Source: Candidatus Taylorbacteria bacterium RIFCSPHIGHO2_12_FULL_45_16 (GTDB lineage: Bacteria; Patescibacteriota; Minisyncoccia; Phycocordibacterales; PALSA-1337). Taken from it: a DNA stretch of 64,000 nt. The notes under the pieces were generated by a model, which saw only the letters and a program-made list of their open reading frames with translations, was not told the DNA's origin and did no database searches. Every line of letters starts with the position of its first letter. Within the stretch, counting starts at the first letter, position 1. The stretch lies in assembly GCA_001821055.1 (NCBI GenBank), contig MHRT01000006.1, positions 8,572 through 72,571 on the forward strand, in the 5' to 3' direction. Shown piece by piece: positions 18,381 to 28,641 of this stretch. The position numbers and the translations under genes are program-made.

Positions 18381-19286
18381 CTACCGTGCGAAACGATGAT
18401 ATATATTTGGACTATAACGGACATCAATATAATCAAATTTCATATACTCCTTCTTGGCCCGAGCGGCGGAGAGGATATGGTTCCAGAATAAAATAAGATT
18501 CGATATCTGCTCCATGGCTGGAGAAATCGTATTGAAATACACTATCGCCGTACTGGAACTCATGTCTGGATTGCGGATATAAATCTCGTATTCCCTGTCG
18601 TTCTTCATAAGCATGGCGTCAATTGTGATATTATTGCGCTGAATGGTCTCGTAAACTTGTTGGATGACGGAAAATTCCTCTGTGGATGTGGCTCGAGTGC
18701 CGACAAGTTTGGTCAAGGAATCAGTGCTTCCATCACTCGACTCCAGGTCTGGCACATAATACCTATTATAGACATCTCCGGAAAAAGAAGGCGCCTTTTT
18801 GAACAATATACCTGATGAATCCGCAAAATAACAGGCATCCGAATCATCGAGCGACAATTCATTGTTGTTGAAGTCGGGCAAGGTCGCGCAGACCACCGCC
18901 GATGGTATTTTTTCATGCACCGTCACGATGAGCGTGTGGAAACCGGCCCTGCGCAAATCTATTGATTCAACTTCCCGGTATATGTTCCAGATGACCGAGC
19001 GAATTTCGGAACGAGGATATATCAATGAGTTGTTTCGGGGGAACACGCCAATATAGCTTCCGGACAGTATTTCCGTGACTTTGTCATGCAAAATCTGGAC
19101 CTCCTGATTTTCGACGCCCGCAATTTGCACATTCGTAATAGTAAACAGATTGGTTGAGACTACGCCCCAAACGACAAGAATACTGATGCATAACATACCA
19201 GCAATACCGATAACGCACGAAGTCAGGCGCGCCCGACGCCTGGCTATAAAAGTTTTTGATTGTCTGGATCGGTGACGAGAACGCAT
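18381..19286 (-). CDS. FtsQ/DivIB-like POTRA-domain membrane protein
   Basis: Basic N-terminus, single TM, F.I..V.I.G, TLIVTVHE, C-terminal YIDVRY. Confidence 0.7.
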   Translation of the reverse strand: MRSRHRSRQSKTFIARRRARLTSCVIGIAGMLCISILVVWGVVSTNLFTITNVQIAGVENQEVQILHDKVTEILSGSYIGVFPRNNSLIYPRSEIRSVIWNIYREVESIDLRRAGFHTLIVTVHEKIPSAVVCATLPDFNNNELSLDDSDACYFADSSGILFKKAPSFSGDVYNRYYVPDLESSDGSTDSLTKLVGTRATSTEEFSVIQQVYETIQRNNITIDAMLMKNDREYEIYIRNPDMSSSTAIVYFNTISPAMEQISNLILFWNHILSAARAKKEYMKFDYIDVRYSPNIYHRFAR

Positions 19287-19310
19287 TTGGTGTTACCAAT
19301 TAGGAAAAGC

Positions 19311-20579
19311 CTATTGTGTATTTAAACTTTCTTTACCAAGATAAGAGACAAGTGGTTCCGGAACTTTGATTGTGCCATCGTCCTGCTGATAATTTTCGAT
19401 GAGAGACACGAGGATGCGTGGCGTCGGAATGGCGGTAGAATTGAGCGAGTGGGTGTAGCGGAGAATCCCTTCGGCGTCACGATAACGGATGTTGAGCCTG
19501 CGTGTTTGGAAATCATGGAAATAAGACGCCGATGAAATCTCACGGTATCTTTTTTCTTTTGGAACCCAGAGCTCAATGTCGTATTTTTTCACCTGCCCAA
19601 GTCCGAGATCGCCACCACAGTTAATCACGGTGCGGTATGGAATGCCCAACGACTCTATAAACTCTTCGGTATTACGATTGACTTCTTCATGGTGCTTGAC
19701 TGATGTCTCGTGATTGGCTTCGCAGATGATAACTTGCTCAAACTTGTAGAATTCATTGACGCGAATCAAACCATTCGTATCTTTGCCGTGCGCTCCAGCT
19801 TCCCGACGATAACATGGAGAAAAACCAAGATAACGTTTTGGCAATTCGGCCATCAACAATGTTTCGTCATTATGCATTCCCATAAGCGGGACTTCGGCGG
19901 TGCCGGCCAAATAATCTCCGTCCTGGGTCTTGTACATATCTTCTTCTCCTTGTGGCAGATAGCCTGTGCCGAAGAAATTTATTTTGCGGACAATGACTGG
20001 GGGCAATATAGGCGTGAAATTTTTCTTGGAAAAAAAGTCAAGCGCATAGTTCCAAATGGCAAAACACAGCTTCACGCCATCACCGACCAGAAAATATCCA
20101 CGGAAACCATGGACTTTACTGCCACGCTCAAAATCAGCTAGGCCAAGTTTGGTCATCAGTTCAATGTGGTCTTTTGGTTCAAATCGAAAGGTCGGCTTGT
20201 CGCCCCAGACTCTGATTTCTTTGTTTTCTGCGTCGCTCTCCCCATCAGGCACAGACATGTCCGGAATGTTCGGCACGCGGAGCATCGCATTCTGCCAATC
20301 AATCATCACTTGTTTCAACGTGGCTTCATCGGTCTCCAAAGCGATCTTGACCGTCTTCATGCCGGCAATAAGGGAGACACGTTCATCGGATGAGACTGCC
20401 GAGGCGATTCTTGAACTTGCGGCATTCTGTTCCGCGCGACGAGACTCAACGCCTACAAGAAGCGTGCGGCGTTTGTCGTCAAGCGCCAGAAGTTCGTCAA
20501 CTTTGAAATCAAGACATTTCTTCTTGGCGGCTAGGTCAATAAGGTCCTTATTCTCGCGAATGAATTTGATGTCTAACAT
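19311..20579 (-). CDS. serS: Serine--tRNA ligase
   Basis: MLDIKFIREN, GTAEVP, CYRREAG, EISSAS. Confidence 0.97.
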   Translation of the reverse strand: MLDIKFIRENKDLIDLAAKKKCLDFKVDELLALDDKRRTLLVGVESRRAEQNAASSRIASAVSSDERVSLIAGMKTVKIALETDEATLKQVMIDWQNAMLRVPNIPDMSVPDGESDAENKEIRVWGDKPTFRFEPKDHIELMTKLGLADFERGSKVHGFRGYFLVGDGVKLCFAIWNYALDFFSKKNFTPILPPVIVRKINFFGTGYLPQGEEDMYKTQDGDYLAGTAEVPLMGMHNDETLLMAELPKRYLGFSPCYRREAGAHGKDTNGLIRVNEFYKFEQVIICEANHETSVKHHEEVNRNTEEFIESLGIPYRTVINCGGDLGLGQVKKYDIELWVPKEKRYREISSASYFHDFQTRRLNIRYRDAEGILRYTHSLNSTAIPTPRILVSLIENYQQDDGTIKVPEPLVSYLGKESLNTQ

Positions 20580-20704
20580 ATAAATAGTGTATCATAATCA
20601 ACGCGAATATTGAATTTCCCCTCCTTTCGAACAAAAACTACATAGTTGCACTCGCTCGCTTATCATTACGAGGTCGCGGATTATCATAGATCAATTACAA
20701 CCTC

Positions 20705-21670
20705 ATGAATCTTACTATTTATACCATCACCCCATACCAATATCCCGAATTACTTCAACAGATTCGCCCACTGCCAAAACAGCTCTATGTGGCCGGAACC
20801 ATCCCGCCTGATGATCAAATATTTCTTTGCGTCATCGGATCGCGCATGCACAGCGCTTATGGCAAGGAAGCCTGTAGAAAAATCATCCTCGGATTGCACG
20901 GCCAGCCAGTAGTCATCGTATCCGGCATGGCTGTAGGCATTGATTCGATCGCCCATGAAGCTGCATTGGAAGCTGGATTGAAAACAGTCGCTTTCCCCGG
21001 TTCGGGACTTTCTTCCCAAACGCTCTATCCTCCCAGCCGGCGCAATCTGGCGGAACGCATATTGAACTCTGGTGGTGCGCTCATTTCATCTTTTCAACCG
21101 GAGCAAGCCGGGACAATTTGGACTTTCCCGTATCGCAATCGCTTGATGGCTGGCATTTCGCATGCCACGTTAATAATAGAAGGACGACAAGGTTCAGGTA
21201 CGCTTGGCACAGCCACTTATGCCACGGAGCTGGGACGCGATGTTATGATTGTACCTGGTTCAATCTTTTCCGAACTTTCCTACGGCCCGCTCCTCCTTAT
21301 GAAAGAAGGCGCCTCGCCGGTAACCTCAGCCGAGGATGTTCTGCATGAGCTCGACTTTGTCCGTGAGCGTCTGGCGAAAGTAGAGCGCAGTCCAGAGCGT
21401 CTGGCGGCTACTTTGGCAAAGATGAAGAAGCGGGAAGAGACGCGGCTGGCTGGGAAAACGGCAATACAAGGTCCCCAGGTGGATATAAGTCAACTTGTGC
21501 TTTCAGGTGAGGAACGGACAGTGTATGAGTGTTTGCGCGATAAACCCCTGCCGGCGACTGATATTATGGAGAGATTATCTATGCCGGTTTCGATCTTCAA
21601 TATCACAGTTTCGGAATTGGAAATGAAGGGTCTAGTCGCGCAAGAATCTGGTCGCTACAAAAAATTATAA
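20705..21670 (+). CDS. dprA: DNA-processing protein DprA
   Basis: VIGSR, IVSGMAVGIDSIAH, FPYRNRLMAG; upstream of topA. Confidence 0.95.
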   Translation: MNLTIYTITPYQYPELLQQIRPLPKQLYVAGTIPPDDQIFLCVIGSRMHSAYGKEACRKIILGLHGQPVVIVSGMAVGIDSIAHEAALEAGLKTVAFPGSGLSSQTLYPPSRRNLAERILNSGGALISSFQPEQAGTIWTFPYRNRLMAGISHATLIIEGRQGSGTLGTATYATELGRDVMIVPGSIFSELSYGPLLLMKEGASPVTSAEDVLHELDFVRERLAKVERSPERLAATLAKMKKREETRLAGKTAIQGPQVDISQLVLSGEERTVYECLRDKPLPATDIMERLSMPVSIFNITVSELEMKGLVAQESGRYKKL

Positions 21671-21708
21671 TTTGCCACTCTCCGTATTATCATGTAATAC
21701 TGTCCTCA

Positions 21709-24021
21709 ATGAAACTAGTCATCGTCGAATCCCCTTCAAAATCAAAGACAATCTCCAAATACCTCGGGGAAAATTTTGTCGTCCGCGCCTCGGTAGGACA
21801 TGTCCGCGATCTGCCCAAATCAAGCAAAAAAGCAATAGATATAGAGGGGGGATTTATTCCTCACTATGAGATAGTAGCCAAAAAGGAGGGCGTGTTGGCT
21901 GATATATCCGCCGAAGCCAAAAAGTCCGATGAAATCATCCTGGCATCCGACCCTGACCGAGAAGGAGAAGCTATCGCTTGGCATATTTCCGAAATACTCA
22001 AAGAGCGACTCGGCAAGACCGTGGCCAGAAAAATCAAACGCATCGCTTTTCATGAAATTACCAAAGAGGCAATAGAGGAAGCTTTGCAACATCCGCGGAT
22101 TATCGACGAAAACCTCAAAGAGGCTCAGGAAGCCAGACGCGTACTCGATCGTCTCGTCGGCTATGACCTATCGGGACTTATCTGGAAAAAAGTCCGTTAT
22201 GGTCTCTCCGCCGGCCGGGTACAATCGCCCGCTTTACGCATCATAGTTGAGCGCGAGCGCGAGATACGAGCGTTCAAATCAGAAGCATTTTGGGTGATTG
22301 AGGGTATATGGAAAACAGTGACCGGCGAATCACTTGGACTTGTCTGCTCCAAAGAACCACGAGACAAAAAAGAAGTTGAGGATATTATCACGCGAGCTCG
22401 CACGGAAAAATGGCAAGTCATCGACATCGAAGAGTCGGAAGTCAAACGCGCACCGCGCGCGCCGTTCATCACCTCTACTTTGCAGCAAGCCGCCAGCTCT
22501 CGTCTTGGTTTTTCTCCTTCAAGAACCATGGGTATCGCCCAGAAACTCTATGAATCTGGAGCCATTACTTATATGCGCACGGACTCGACCAACCTCGGAA
22601 CGCAGGCGCTCGATCAGATCGGCGCGGTCGTCAAAAAACAATATGGCGAAAATTATCTTTCATTCAGAAAATACACAACTAAAAGCAAGAATGCCCAAGA
22701 AGCGCATGAAGCCATCCGTCCGTCTCATTTTGACAGATTGAATGCCGGGCATACCGATGAGCAGAAAAAATTATACCGTTTGATCTGGCAACGCGCCGTA
22801 GCTTCACAGATGACGGATGCGCAAATCATGCGCACCAAGATTATTGCCAAAATTCAGACCTCAAGGTCTGACCTTGCTGAATTCCCAAATTTCGAAGCCA
22901 CCGGCTCACGCATTCTATTTGACGGCTGGCTCAAGGCCGATCCGGAGTCCAACGGCGAAGAAATTACTTTACCAAAATGCGCAAAAGACGAGCCGCTTGA
23001 TTTGATCTCCATTGACTCACAGGAAAAACAGACTCTGCCGCCACCGAGATACACCGAAGCTGGTCTGATCAAAGAATTGGAAAAACGTGGTATTGGCCGA
23101 CCTTCAACATATGCTTCCATCTGCAAAACAATCGAAGATCGGGGTTATGTGGCAAAAGAAGGTCGTTCACTGAGACCAACAGATACTGGTGAAGTCGTCT
23201 CTTCATTCCTGGAAGAATACTTTCCAACCTATATCAGCGACACATTCACGGCCGAGATGGAAGACCATTTGGATGAAATAGCCAACGGCACTCGCACTTA
23301 TCTAAAGACGCTGAGTGAATTCTACGGCCCTTTTCATAAAGAGGTCAAATCAAAGGAAAAAGTCGCCAAAGCCACCAATCTCGGAGTCGCCGATGCGAAA
23401 TTCAAGTGTCCAAAATGTGGCACGACACCAATGGAGATCAAGTTGGGTCGCAACGGCAAGTTTTTGTCGTGCGTGAAATATCCGGATTGCGATGGCGCGC
23501 TCACTTTGGACGGTCATGAATTCAAAAAAGACGAGCCTATTGGTACGGATCCGACGACAGGCCTGCCCATCTTCGTCTTGAACGGCAGATTCGGTCCTTA
23601 TGTGCAGTTGGGATTGAAGTTACCGAAGATTAAAAAGACGCGCAGCAAAAAATTGGTTATTTCTGAAACAATCACAACCCTTATCACCCCCGCCCCAGAA
23701 AGCCCAGTTGAAACTACCCCCGCCCCCATCAAACCAAAGATGGCTTCTATTCCACGTGGCACCGATCCTTCAACAGTCACAGTAGTTGATGCCCTCAAAT
23801 ATTTGTCCTTGCCGCGCAACCTAGGCGTAGATCCAAAAACTGGCAAAGATGTGGTCGCCTCCGCCGGACGCTTCGGACCATATGTTGTGTCTGATGGCAA
23901 TTATCGTTCAATAAAAACGCCTGACAATGTTTATGATATTGATCTGAAGCGCGCGTTGGAGATGCTGGCCGTGGAAAAAAAGCCCAGAGGATTCGCAAAA
24001 AAGAAAAAGGCGGTGGAATAA
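21709..24021 (+). CDS. topA: DNA topoisomerase I
   Basis: LVIVESP, DPDREGE, SAGRVQS, ITYMRTD; one zinc ribbon plus two GRFGPY C-terminal repeats. Confidence 0.97.
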   Translation: MKLVIVESPSKSKTISKYLGENFVVRASVGHVRDLPKSSKKAIDIEGGFIPHYEIVAKKEGVLADISAEAKKSDEIILASDPDREGEAIAWHISEILKERLGKTVARKIKRIAFHEITKEAIEEALQHPRIIDENLKEAQEARRVLDRLVGYDLSGLIWKKVRYGLSAGRVQSPALRIIVEREREIRAFKSEAFWVIEGIWKTVTGESLGLVCSKEPRDKKEVEDIITRARTEKWQVIDIEESEVKRAPRAPFITSTLQQAASSRLGFSPSRTMGIAQKLYESGAITYMRTDSTNLGTQALDQIGAVVKKQYGENYLSFRKYTTKSKNAQEAHEAIRPSHFDRLNAGHTDEQKKLYRLIWQRAVASQMTDAQIMRTKIIAKIQTSRSDLAEFPNFEATGSRILFDGWLKADPESNGEEITLPKCAKDEPLDLISIDSQEKQTLPPPRYTEAGLIKELEKRGIGRPSTYASICKTIEDRGYVAKEGRSLRPTDTGEVVSSFLEEYFPTYISDTFTAEMEDHLDEIANGTRTYLKTLSEFYGPFHKEVKSKEKVAKATNLGVADAKFKCPKCGTTPMEIKLGRNGKFLSCVKYPDCDGALTLDGHEFKKDEPIGTDPTTGLPIFVLNGRFGPYVQLGLKLPKIKKTRSKKLVISETITTLITPAPESPVETTPAPIKPKMASIPRGTDPSTVTVVDALKYLSLPRNLGVDPKTGKDVVASAGRFGPYVVSDGNYRSIKTPDNVYDIDLKRALEMLAVEKKPRGFAKKKKAVE

Positions 24022-24063
24022 GGAGACATTAGTCCAGATTGACTTCATGTGCATATATGCGAA

Positions 24064-24330
24064 GATGTCCATGGAGTGCTTCCGACACAATGCAAAACGC
24101 GAGCACGCCGCGGAAAAGTATACATAGACTCCCAACATGCGTGATATCCAGACTTCTGGTCCCTCAAAAAAGAGGGATGCTGCATTGAGGCCATTTGCAG
24201 CCTCGCATCTGGTAAGATCCGTGATTGCAAAAAGGAAGATCGTGATTACGGCTTGTGACGTCGCTATGATATCCGGCGACGCATACGCGGACATCGCTCG
24301 ACCATTCGGAAGTGGTCGAGCGCTTTTTTC
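24064..24330 (+). other. Highly structured intergenic region ending in a plus-strand terminator (candidate ncRNA or long 3' UTR)
   Basis: GATGTCC/GGACATC closing stem, several internal hairpins, terminator GCTCGACCA..TGGTCGAGC-GCTTTTTT. Confidence 0.4.
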
Positions 24331-24342
24331 CCAGTAAAACCA

Positions 24343-25389
24343 TCAGAGTGAAAAATTCTTCAGCAAATACAAATCCTCATTCTCTTCTTTCTGCACATCA
24401 ACTGGAGCGCGATCATCGACGGGTGGAGTAGAGTTTGTGTCTGAAATGTTCGGCTGGGAATTTACCTCGCCAGAGTCTGGAACTTCTGATTTTGAATTTG
24501 GGATTTGCTCTCGCCTCGCTGAAGCTGCGGCGAAGCGGATAGGACTTGGAGTTTCGGATTTCTGTTTACTTAACTTCTCCAAAAGCGTCCGCAAATCGTC
24601 CGGCGAGAAAAAATCGATAGTCACCGTCCCACCATCCTTGGTCTTTTCGATCCTGACTCGCGTACCCAATGATTCCGTAAAATTCTTCTCCATCTCAATC
24701 ATGGCTGGATCTAAATATTTACCTTTATTGCGGATGCGCTCCGTGGCCACGCGACGCGACAATCCTTCAGCCTCGCGGACCGTCAGTCTCTTGGCCATGA
24801 TCTCCTTAAATAGAACCACCTGCTCTTCTGGCCTATCAACAAGCATCAAGAGTGGACGTGTGTGTCCCTCAGAGATTTTCCCTTCTTCAAGCGCGCTTAT
24901 CATCTCATCAGGCAGCGTCAAAATACGCATAGAGTTGGAAACATATTCGCGACTCTTGCCGACTTTCTCGGCGATCTGAGATTGTTTCAAGTTGAATTCC
25001 TTGGCAAGCCGTTCAAAAGAACGCGCGCGGTCAACCGCATTCAAATCTTCGCGCTGGAGATTCTCAATGATGGCCATTTCCAGCTTGAGCTGTGGATCTT
25101 CCGGGGCACTCCTGATGAGTGCTGGAACTTGAGACAGACCAGCCAATCTGGAAGCCCGAAGACGGCGTTCGCCAGATATGAGCTCATATTCCACTGTCAT
25201 ACCACCACTTTCATGAAATACTTCTTTGCGGGTTACCACCAAGGGTTGTAACACGCCGTACATACGAATGGATTCTGCCAAACTCTTGAGTGCCACCTCG
25301 TCAAATTCGCGTCGAGGCTGATAGGGGTTAGGGCTGATTTTGTCCACTTCTATCCAGAAGATAGCGTCATTTACATATGCGGTGGTCAT
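24343..25389 (-). CDS. parB: ParB/Spo0J partition protein
   Basis: PNPYQPRREF, GVLQPLVV, YELISGERRLRA, IENLQREDL. Confidence 0.95.
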   Translation of the reverse strand: MTTAYVNDAIFWIEVDKISPNPYQPRREFDEVALKSLAESIRMYGVLQPLVVTRKEVFHESGGMTVEYELISGERRLRASRLAGLSQVPALIRSAPEDPQLKLEMAIIENLQREDLNAVDRARSFERLAKEFNLKQSQIAEKVGKSREYVSNSMRILTLPDEMISALEEGKISEGHTRPLLMLVDRPEEQVVLFKEIMAKRLTVREAEGLSRRVATERIRNKGKYLDPAMIEMEKNFTESLGTRVRIEKTKDGGTVTIDFFSPDDLRTLLEKLSKQKSETPSPIRFAAASARREQIPNSKSEVPDSGEVNSQPNISDTNSTPPVDDRAPVDVQKEENEDLYLLKNFSL

Positions 25390-25590
25390 AGTATAATTGT
25401 ATCAGAAAGCTAGTGCTATGAAAAATCAATCGAAAAAAGAAACTGTGAGGATTACGCTGCCGCCGCGACAGCCCGTTTCAACTGCCCACAGAGCATGGAC
25501 TATGTTCAAACACAATGTCCTCAATCCTATTTGGAGAACGAGGACTGGTCCAAAGCCAGTGGTTCGGTTTTAAAGGTGAAAGGCATTACC

Positions 25591-25737
25591 ATGAAAATCG
25601 AGCATTTTGTTATGCGCTCCATCGCGCCTCTTCGAAACCCTTGGGTAGCTTGGTCAATACTCATCGGATCTATCGCCCTTTCAATGTTTTTCACCTTGGT
25701 CGACCCGGCTCCTGTCCGACACTGGCTCGGACTCTGA
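25591..25737 (+). CDS. Small membrane protein (~48 aa)
   Basis: Single hydrophobic segment, followed by a hairpin and T-run at 25767-25799. Confidence 0.4.
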   Translation: MKIEHFVMRSIAPLRNPWVAWSILIGSIALSMFFTLVDPAPVRHWLGL

Positions 25738-25842
25738 CCGGTAAATCGTCCTGACAGTTCACCACACCGCCTTTCGACAAGCTCAAGGCGGCATTTTTTG
25801 TATTTGATTTTAAGGGAAATTCGGGTAGACTGGTACGAGTAT

Positions 25843-25927
25843 GCCGGGATGGCGGAATTGGTAGACGCACACGACTCAAAATCGTGCGGAGTAATCCATG
25901 GGAGTTCGATTCTCCCTCCCGGCACCA
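25843..25927 (+). tRNA. tRNA-Leu(CAA)
   Basis: CACGA-CTCAAAA-TCGTG, long variable arm, encoded CCA. Confidence 0.96.
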
Positions 25928-25936
25928 AAATATATT

Positions 25937-26968
25937 ATGTCTGAAACGAAGAAAAGCCCACTCCTCGTGATTCTCGGACCTACGGCCGTGGGCAAGAGCG
26001 ACTTGGCCATAAAGATCTCCAAATGGATTGCGCGAAAAAAGATCGGCGGTTATAAAGGCGCTGAAATAATCTCCGCGGATTCGCGGCAAGTTTATCGTAG
26101 TTTGAATATTGGCACCGGAAAAATCACCAAAAAAGAAATGGCGGGCATCAAACATCACCTTCTAGATGTCGCCGATCCGCGCCAGCGATTTAGCGTCGTT
26201 GATTATGTCAGGTTAGCGCGAAAAGCCGAGGCTGATATTCGCGTCCGAGGGAAGTTACCGATAATCTGCGGAGGCACCGGTTTTTACATTTCGGCGCTGG
26301 TTGACGGCATATCCATACATGATGCTCCGCCGGACAGAGCCTTGCGCGAAACACTCAAAAGAAAACCTGCGGCCAAACTACTGGAAATGCTGGCGAAGAT
26401 AGACCTTGGGCGCGCGAAGTCCATGAGCTCCGGCTCTAGAAACGGTGATGATAGGAATCCGAGACGACTGATTCGCGCCATTGAGATAGCCTTGGCGGAA
26501 AATAAAGTGAGGGGGCTGTCGGTTCTCGTCAATCAGCCAGTAGAGATTGCCACCAGCGCGATGCGTTCCGACAAACAACCCCCTCGGGATAATTATGACT
26601 CATTATTTATCGGTTTGAAAGTCCACCGCGATATCCTAAGATCGCGAATACATGACAGGCTTATCAGACGATTGAAGCAAGGAATGATTACCGAAGCAAA
26701 ACGACTACATATTCCGCCGACGAAGGGGGCGGCCTTATCCTGGAAACGCATGGATGAGTTGGGTCTTGAATATAGATATCTGGCGTATTTTTTGAAAAAT
26801 GAACTGACTCGAGAAGAACTCATTGATCGCCTATCGACCAAGATTTGGCAGTATGCAAAAAGGCAGATGACGTGGTTCAAGAGAGATGCGAGAATCACAT
26901 GGTTTGAGCCGGATCAGAAAGAATTAATCGAGGATTTGGTCAAAACTTTTCTTGTAAATAAACAGTAG
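25937..26968 (+). CDS. miaA: tRNA dimethylallyltransferase
   Basis: GPTAVGKS, IISADSRQVY, GGTGFY, YAKRQMTWF. Confidence 0.95.
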   Translation: MSETKKSPLLVILGPTAVGKSDLAIKISKWIARKKIGGYKGAEIISADSRQVYRSLNIGTGKITKKEMAGIKHHLLDVADPRQRFSVVDYVRLARKAEADIRVRGKLPIICGGTGFYISALVDGISIHDAPPDRALRETLKRKPAAKLLEMLAKIDLGRAKSMSSGSRNGDDRNPRRLIRAIEIALAENKVRGLSVLVNQPVEIATSAMRSDKQPPRDNYDSLFIGLKVHRDILRSRIHDRLIRRLKQGMITEAKRLHIPPTKGAALSWKRMDELGLEYRYLAYFLKNELTREELIDRLSTKIWQYAKRQMTWFKRDARITWFEPDQKELIEDLVKTFLVNKQ

Positions 26969-26979
26969 GTAAATAAAGT

Positions 26980-27005
26980 GGCAGCAGACTGTGAAGTCCG
27001 CTGCC
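26980..27005 (-). terminator. Terminator of the minus-strand ncRNA
   Basis: GGCAGCGGAC-TTCACA-GTCTGCTGCC followed by ACTTTATTT. Confidence 0.7.
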
Positions 27006-27014
27006 GGAAAAGGT

Positions 27015-27189
27015 GGGTGTGCAGAGTGTAAATCGCTTGCGCAATCCGCATGAAAAGCGTACGAAGTCGAAAGCAAGAGTCAGCTACAGTAATTCCGGAA
27101 CAACAGCCCCATGCCCATGAAAAGGCATCTGGAACAATCCGTAACACCGCTCTGCTTCGCTAAACGACCCAGTATCACCAGCACCACCC
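27015..27189 (-). ncRNA. Probable 6S RNA
   Basis: ~175-nt rod (GGGTG.GTGC/GCAC.ACCC; AAGCAGAG/CTCTTGCTT; GTTACGG/CTGTAGC) with an asymmetric bubble; own promoter and terminator; directly downstream of rarA. Confidence 0.6.
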
Positions 27190-27195
27190 GCATCT

Positions 27196-27224
27196 ATCCT
27201 AGCAGATTACATCGGGTCTGTCAA
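27196..27224 (-). promoter_or_regulatory. Sigma70 promoter of the candidate 6S RNA
   Basis: TTGACA-N17-TAGGAT, with TG upstream of the -10. Confidence 0.75.
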
Positions 27225-27227
27225 TCC

Positions 27228-28376
27228 CTACTTCCCCTTTCTCTTCAAATACTTCTTCCCTTTCAGCTTCTCTGGTAGATACCCCGTCTTGTCGTATTTC
27301 TCATATCCTTTTCCATAATTTAGCTCCTTCATCAATTTTGTTGGTGCGTTCCTGATCTTGAAGGGGATTGAAATATTTCCTGTCTTCTTCACATCATCCA
27401 GCGCTTCAAAATAAGCATCATAGGCGGAACGGTCCTTGGCCGCTAGAGCCAGATATGTCGTACCATGCGCCAAGTTGATCTGGGCTTCGGGCATACCTAT
27501 AACATCCACGGCATTGAAAACCGCGTTGGCGACAACCAGCGCCGTCGGCTGTGCCAGCCCTATATCTTCCGAGGCAAAAATAATCATTCGTCTAGCAATG
27601 AACTTCGGGTCCTCACCGCCCGCCAACATCCGTGCCAGATAATATATGGCCGCGTCGACGTCACCTGCCCGCAAACTTTTGATGTAGGCTGAAATCGTAT
27701 CATAGTGTTCCTCCCCTTTTTTATCAAAACGTATGAACATGTGCTCAAAAGCACTTTTGAGAGTATCCACCGTCACCGAGCCATAGAAACGCTTGGTGTT
27801 TTCTAGGGCGGTAATGGCAATGCGCGCATCACCGTTGGCTAGATTGATCAGCCATTGGAGCGCGTCTTTTGGCACCTTTATCTTGGCTCTTTCAATAATT
27901 TTCACCAAGTTCTTTTCCGAAAGACTCTCCAGCACAAATACCCGACATCGCGACAGCAAAGCTGAAATCACTTCAAAGCTTGGATTTTCCGTAGTCGCCC
28001 CTATCAGAGTCAGCTTACCGCTTTCCACAAATGGCAAAAGGTAGTCCTGCTGGGCTTTGTTGAAGCGATGAATCTCATCCAAGAATAAGACTTTTGGCCG
28101 CTGGTCCAAAAGCGTGTCAGGCTCATTGACAATGGCTTTGATGTCATCCTTCCCCGCCGAAACAGCTGACAATTCGTAAATGCGAGCATTGACTGCCTTG
28201 GCATAAATCCGAGCGATAGTCGTTTTCCCAGTCCCCGGCGGTCCCCACAGAATGAAGGAAAAGAGGTGCTTGCCCTCGATGGCCGTGCGTAATGGTTTAT
28301 TCCGGCCTACCAAATGCGCCTGACCAACAAAGTCTTTGAGGGTAGTGGGACGGATGCGTGAGGCGAGGGGTTCCAT
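27228..28376 (-). CDS. rarA: Replication-associated recombination protein A (RarA/MgsA)
   Basis: PLASRIRP, WGPPGTGKTT, DEIHRFNKAQQD, ATTENP, ASEDIG. Confidence 0.95.
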   Translation of the reverse strand: MEPLASRIRPTTLKDFVGQAHLVGRNKPLRTAIEGKHLFSFILWGPPGTGKTTIARIYAKAVNARIYELSAVSAGKDDIKAIVNEPDTLLDQRPKVLFLDEIHRFNKAQQDYLLPFVESGKLTLIGATTENPSFEVISALLSRCRVFVLESLSEKNLVKIIERAKIKVPKDALQWLINLANGDARIAITALENTKRFYGSVTVDTLKSAFEHMFIRFDKKGEEHYDTISAYIKSLRAGDVDAAIYYLARMLAGGEDPKFIARRMIIFASEDIGLAQPTALVVANAVFNAVDVIGMPEAQINLAHGTTYLALAAKDRSAYDAYFEALDDVKKTGNISIPFKIRNAPTKLMKELNYGKGYEKYDKTGYLPEKLKGKKYLKRKGK

Positions 28377-28533
28377 AGTGGTAGTATACGCCTGAAATAA
28401 TTAAATACAAAAACACTTCATTCGGTTCAATCTGGACGGGGTTTGGCAGATTTCGATCAAAAAGCTGCAGAGCGTCTATCGCTGTTCGAGGAGTTATCAA
28501 AAAGTACCAAACGGAGATTGCTTGTTTATTCTG

Positions 28534-28604
28534 CGGGCGATGGAAGAATCGAACTTCCGACAGCGGTTTTGGAGACCGCAGTTATGCCACTTAACTAATC
28601 GCCC
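28534..28604 (-). tRNA. tRNA-Trp(CCA)
   Basis: GCGGT-CTCCAAA-ACCGC; acceptor stem GGGCGAT/ATCGCCC. Confidence 0.94.
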
Positions 28605-28641
28605 TACTAGTTGCTAGTATACTGGTAACTAGTATACTAGT

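Noticed and set aside
21365-21406. 12-bp direct repeat GAGCGTCTGGCG in dprA
   Set aside because: It is a small in-frame duplication in a linker with no evidence of function.
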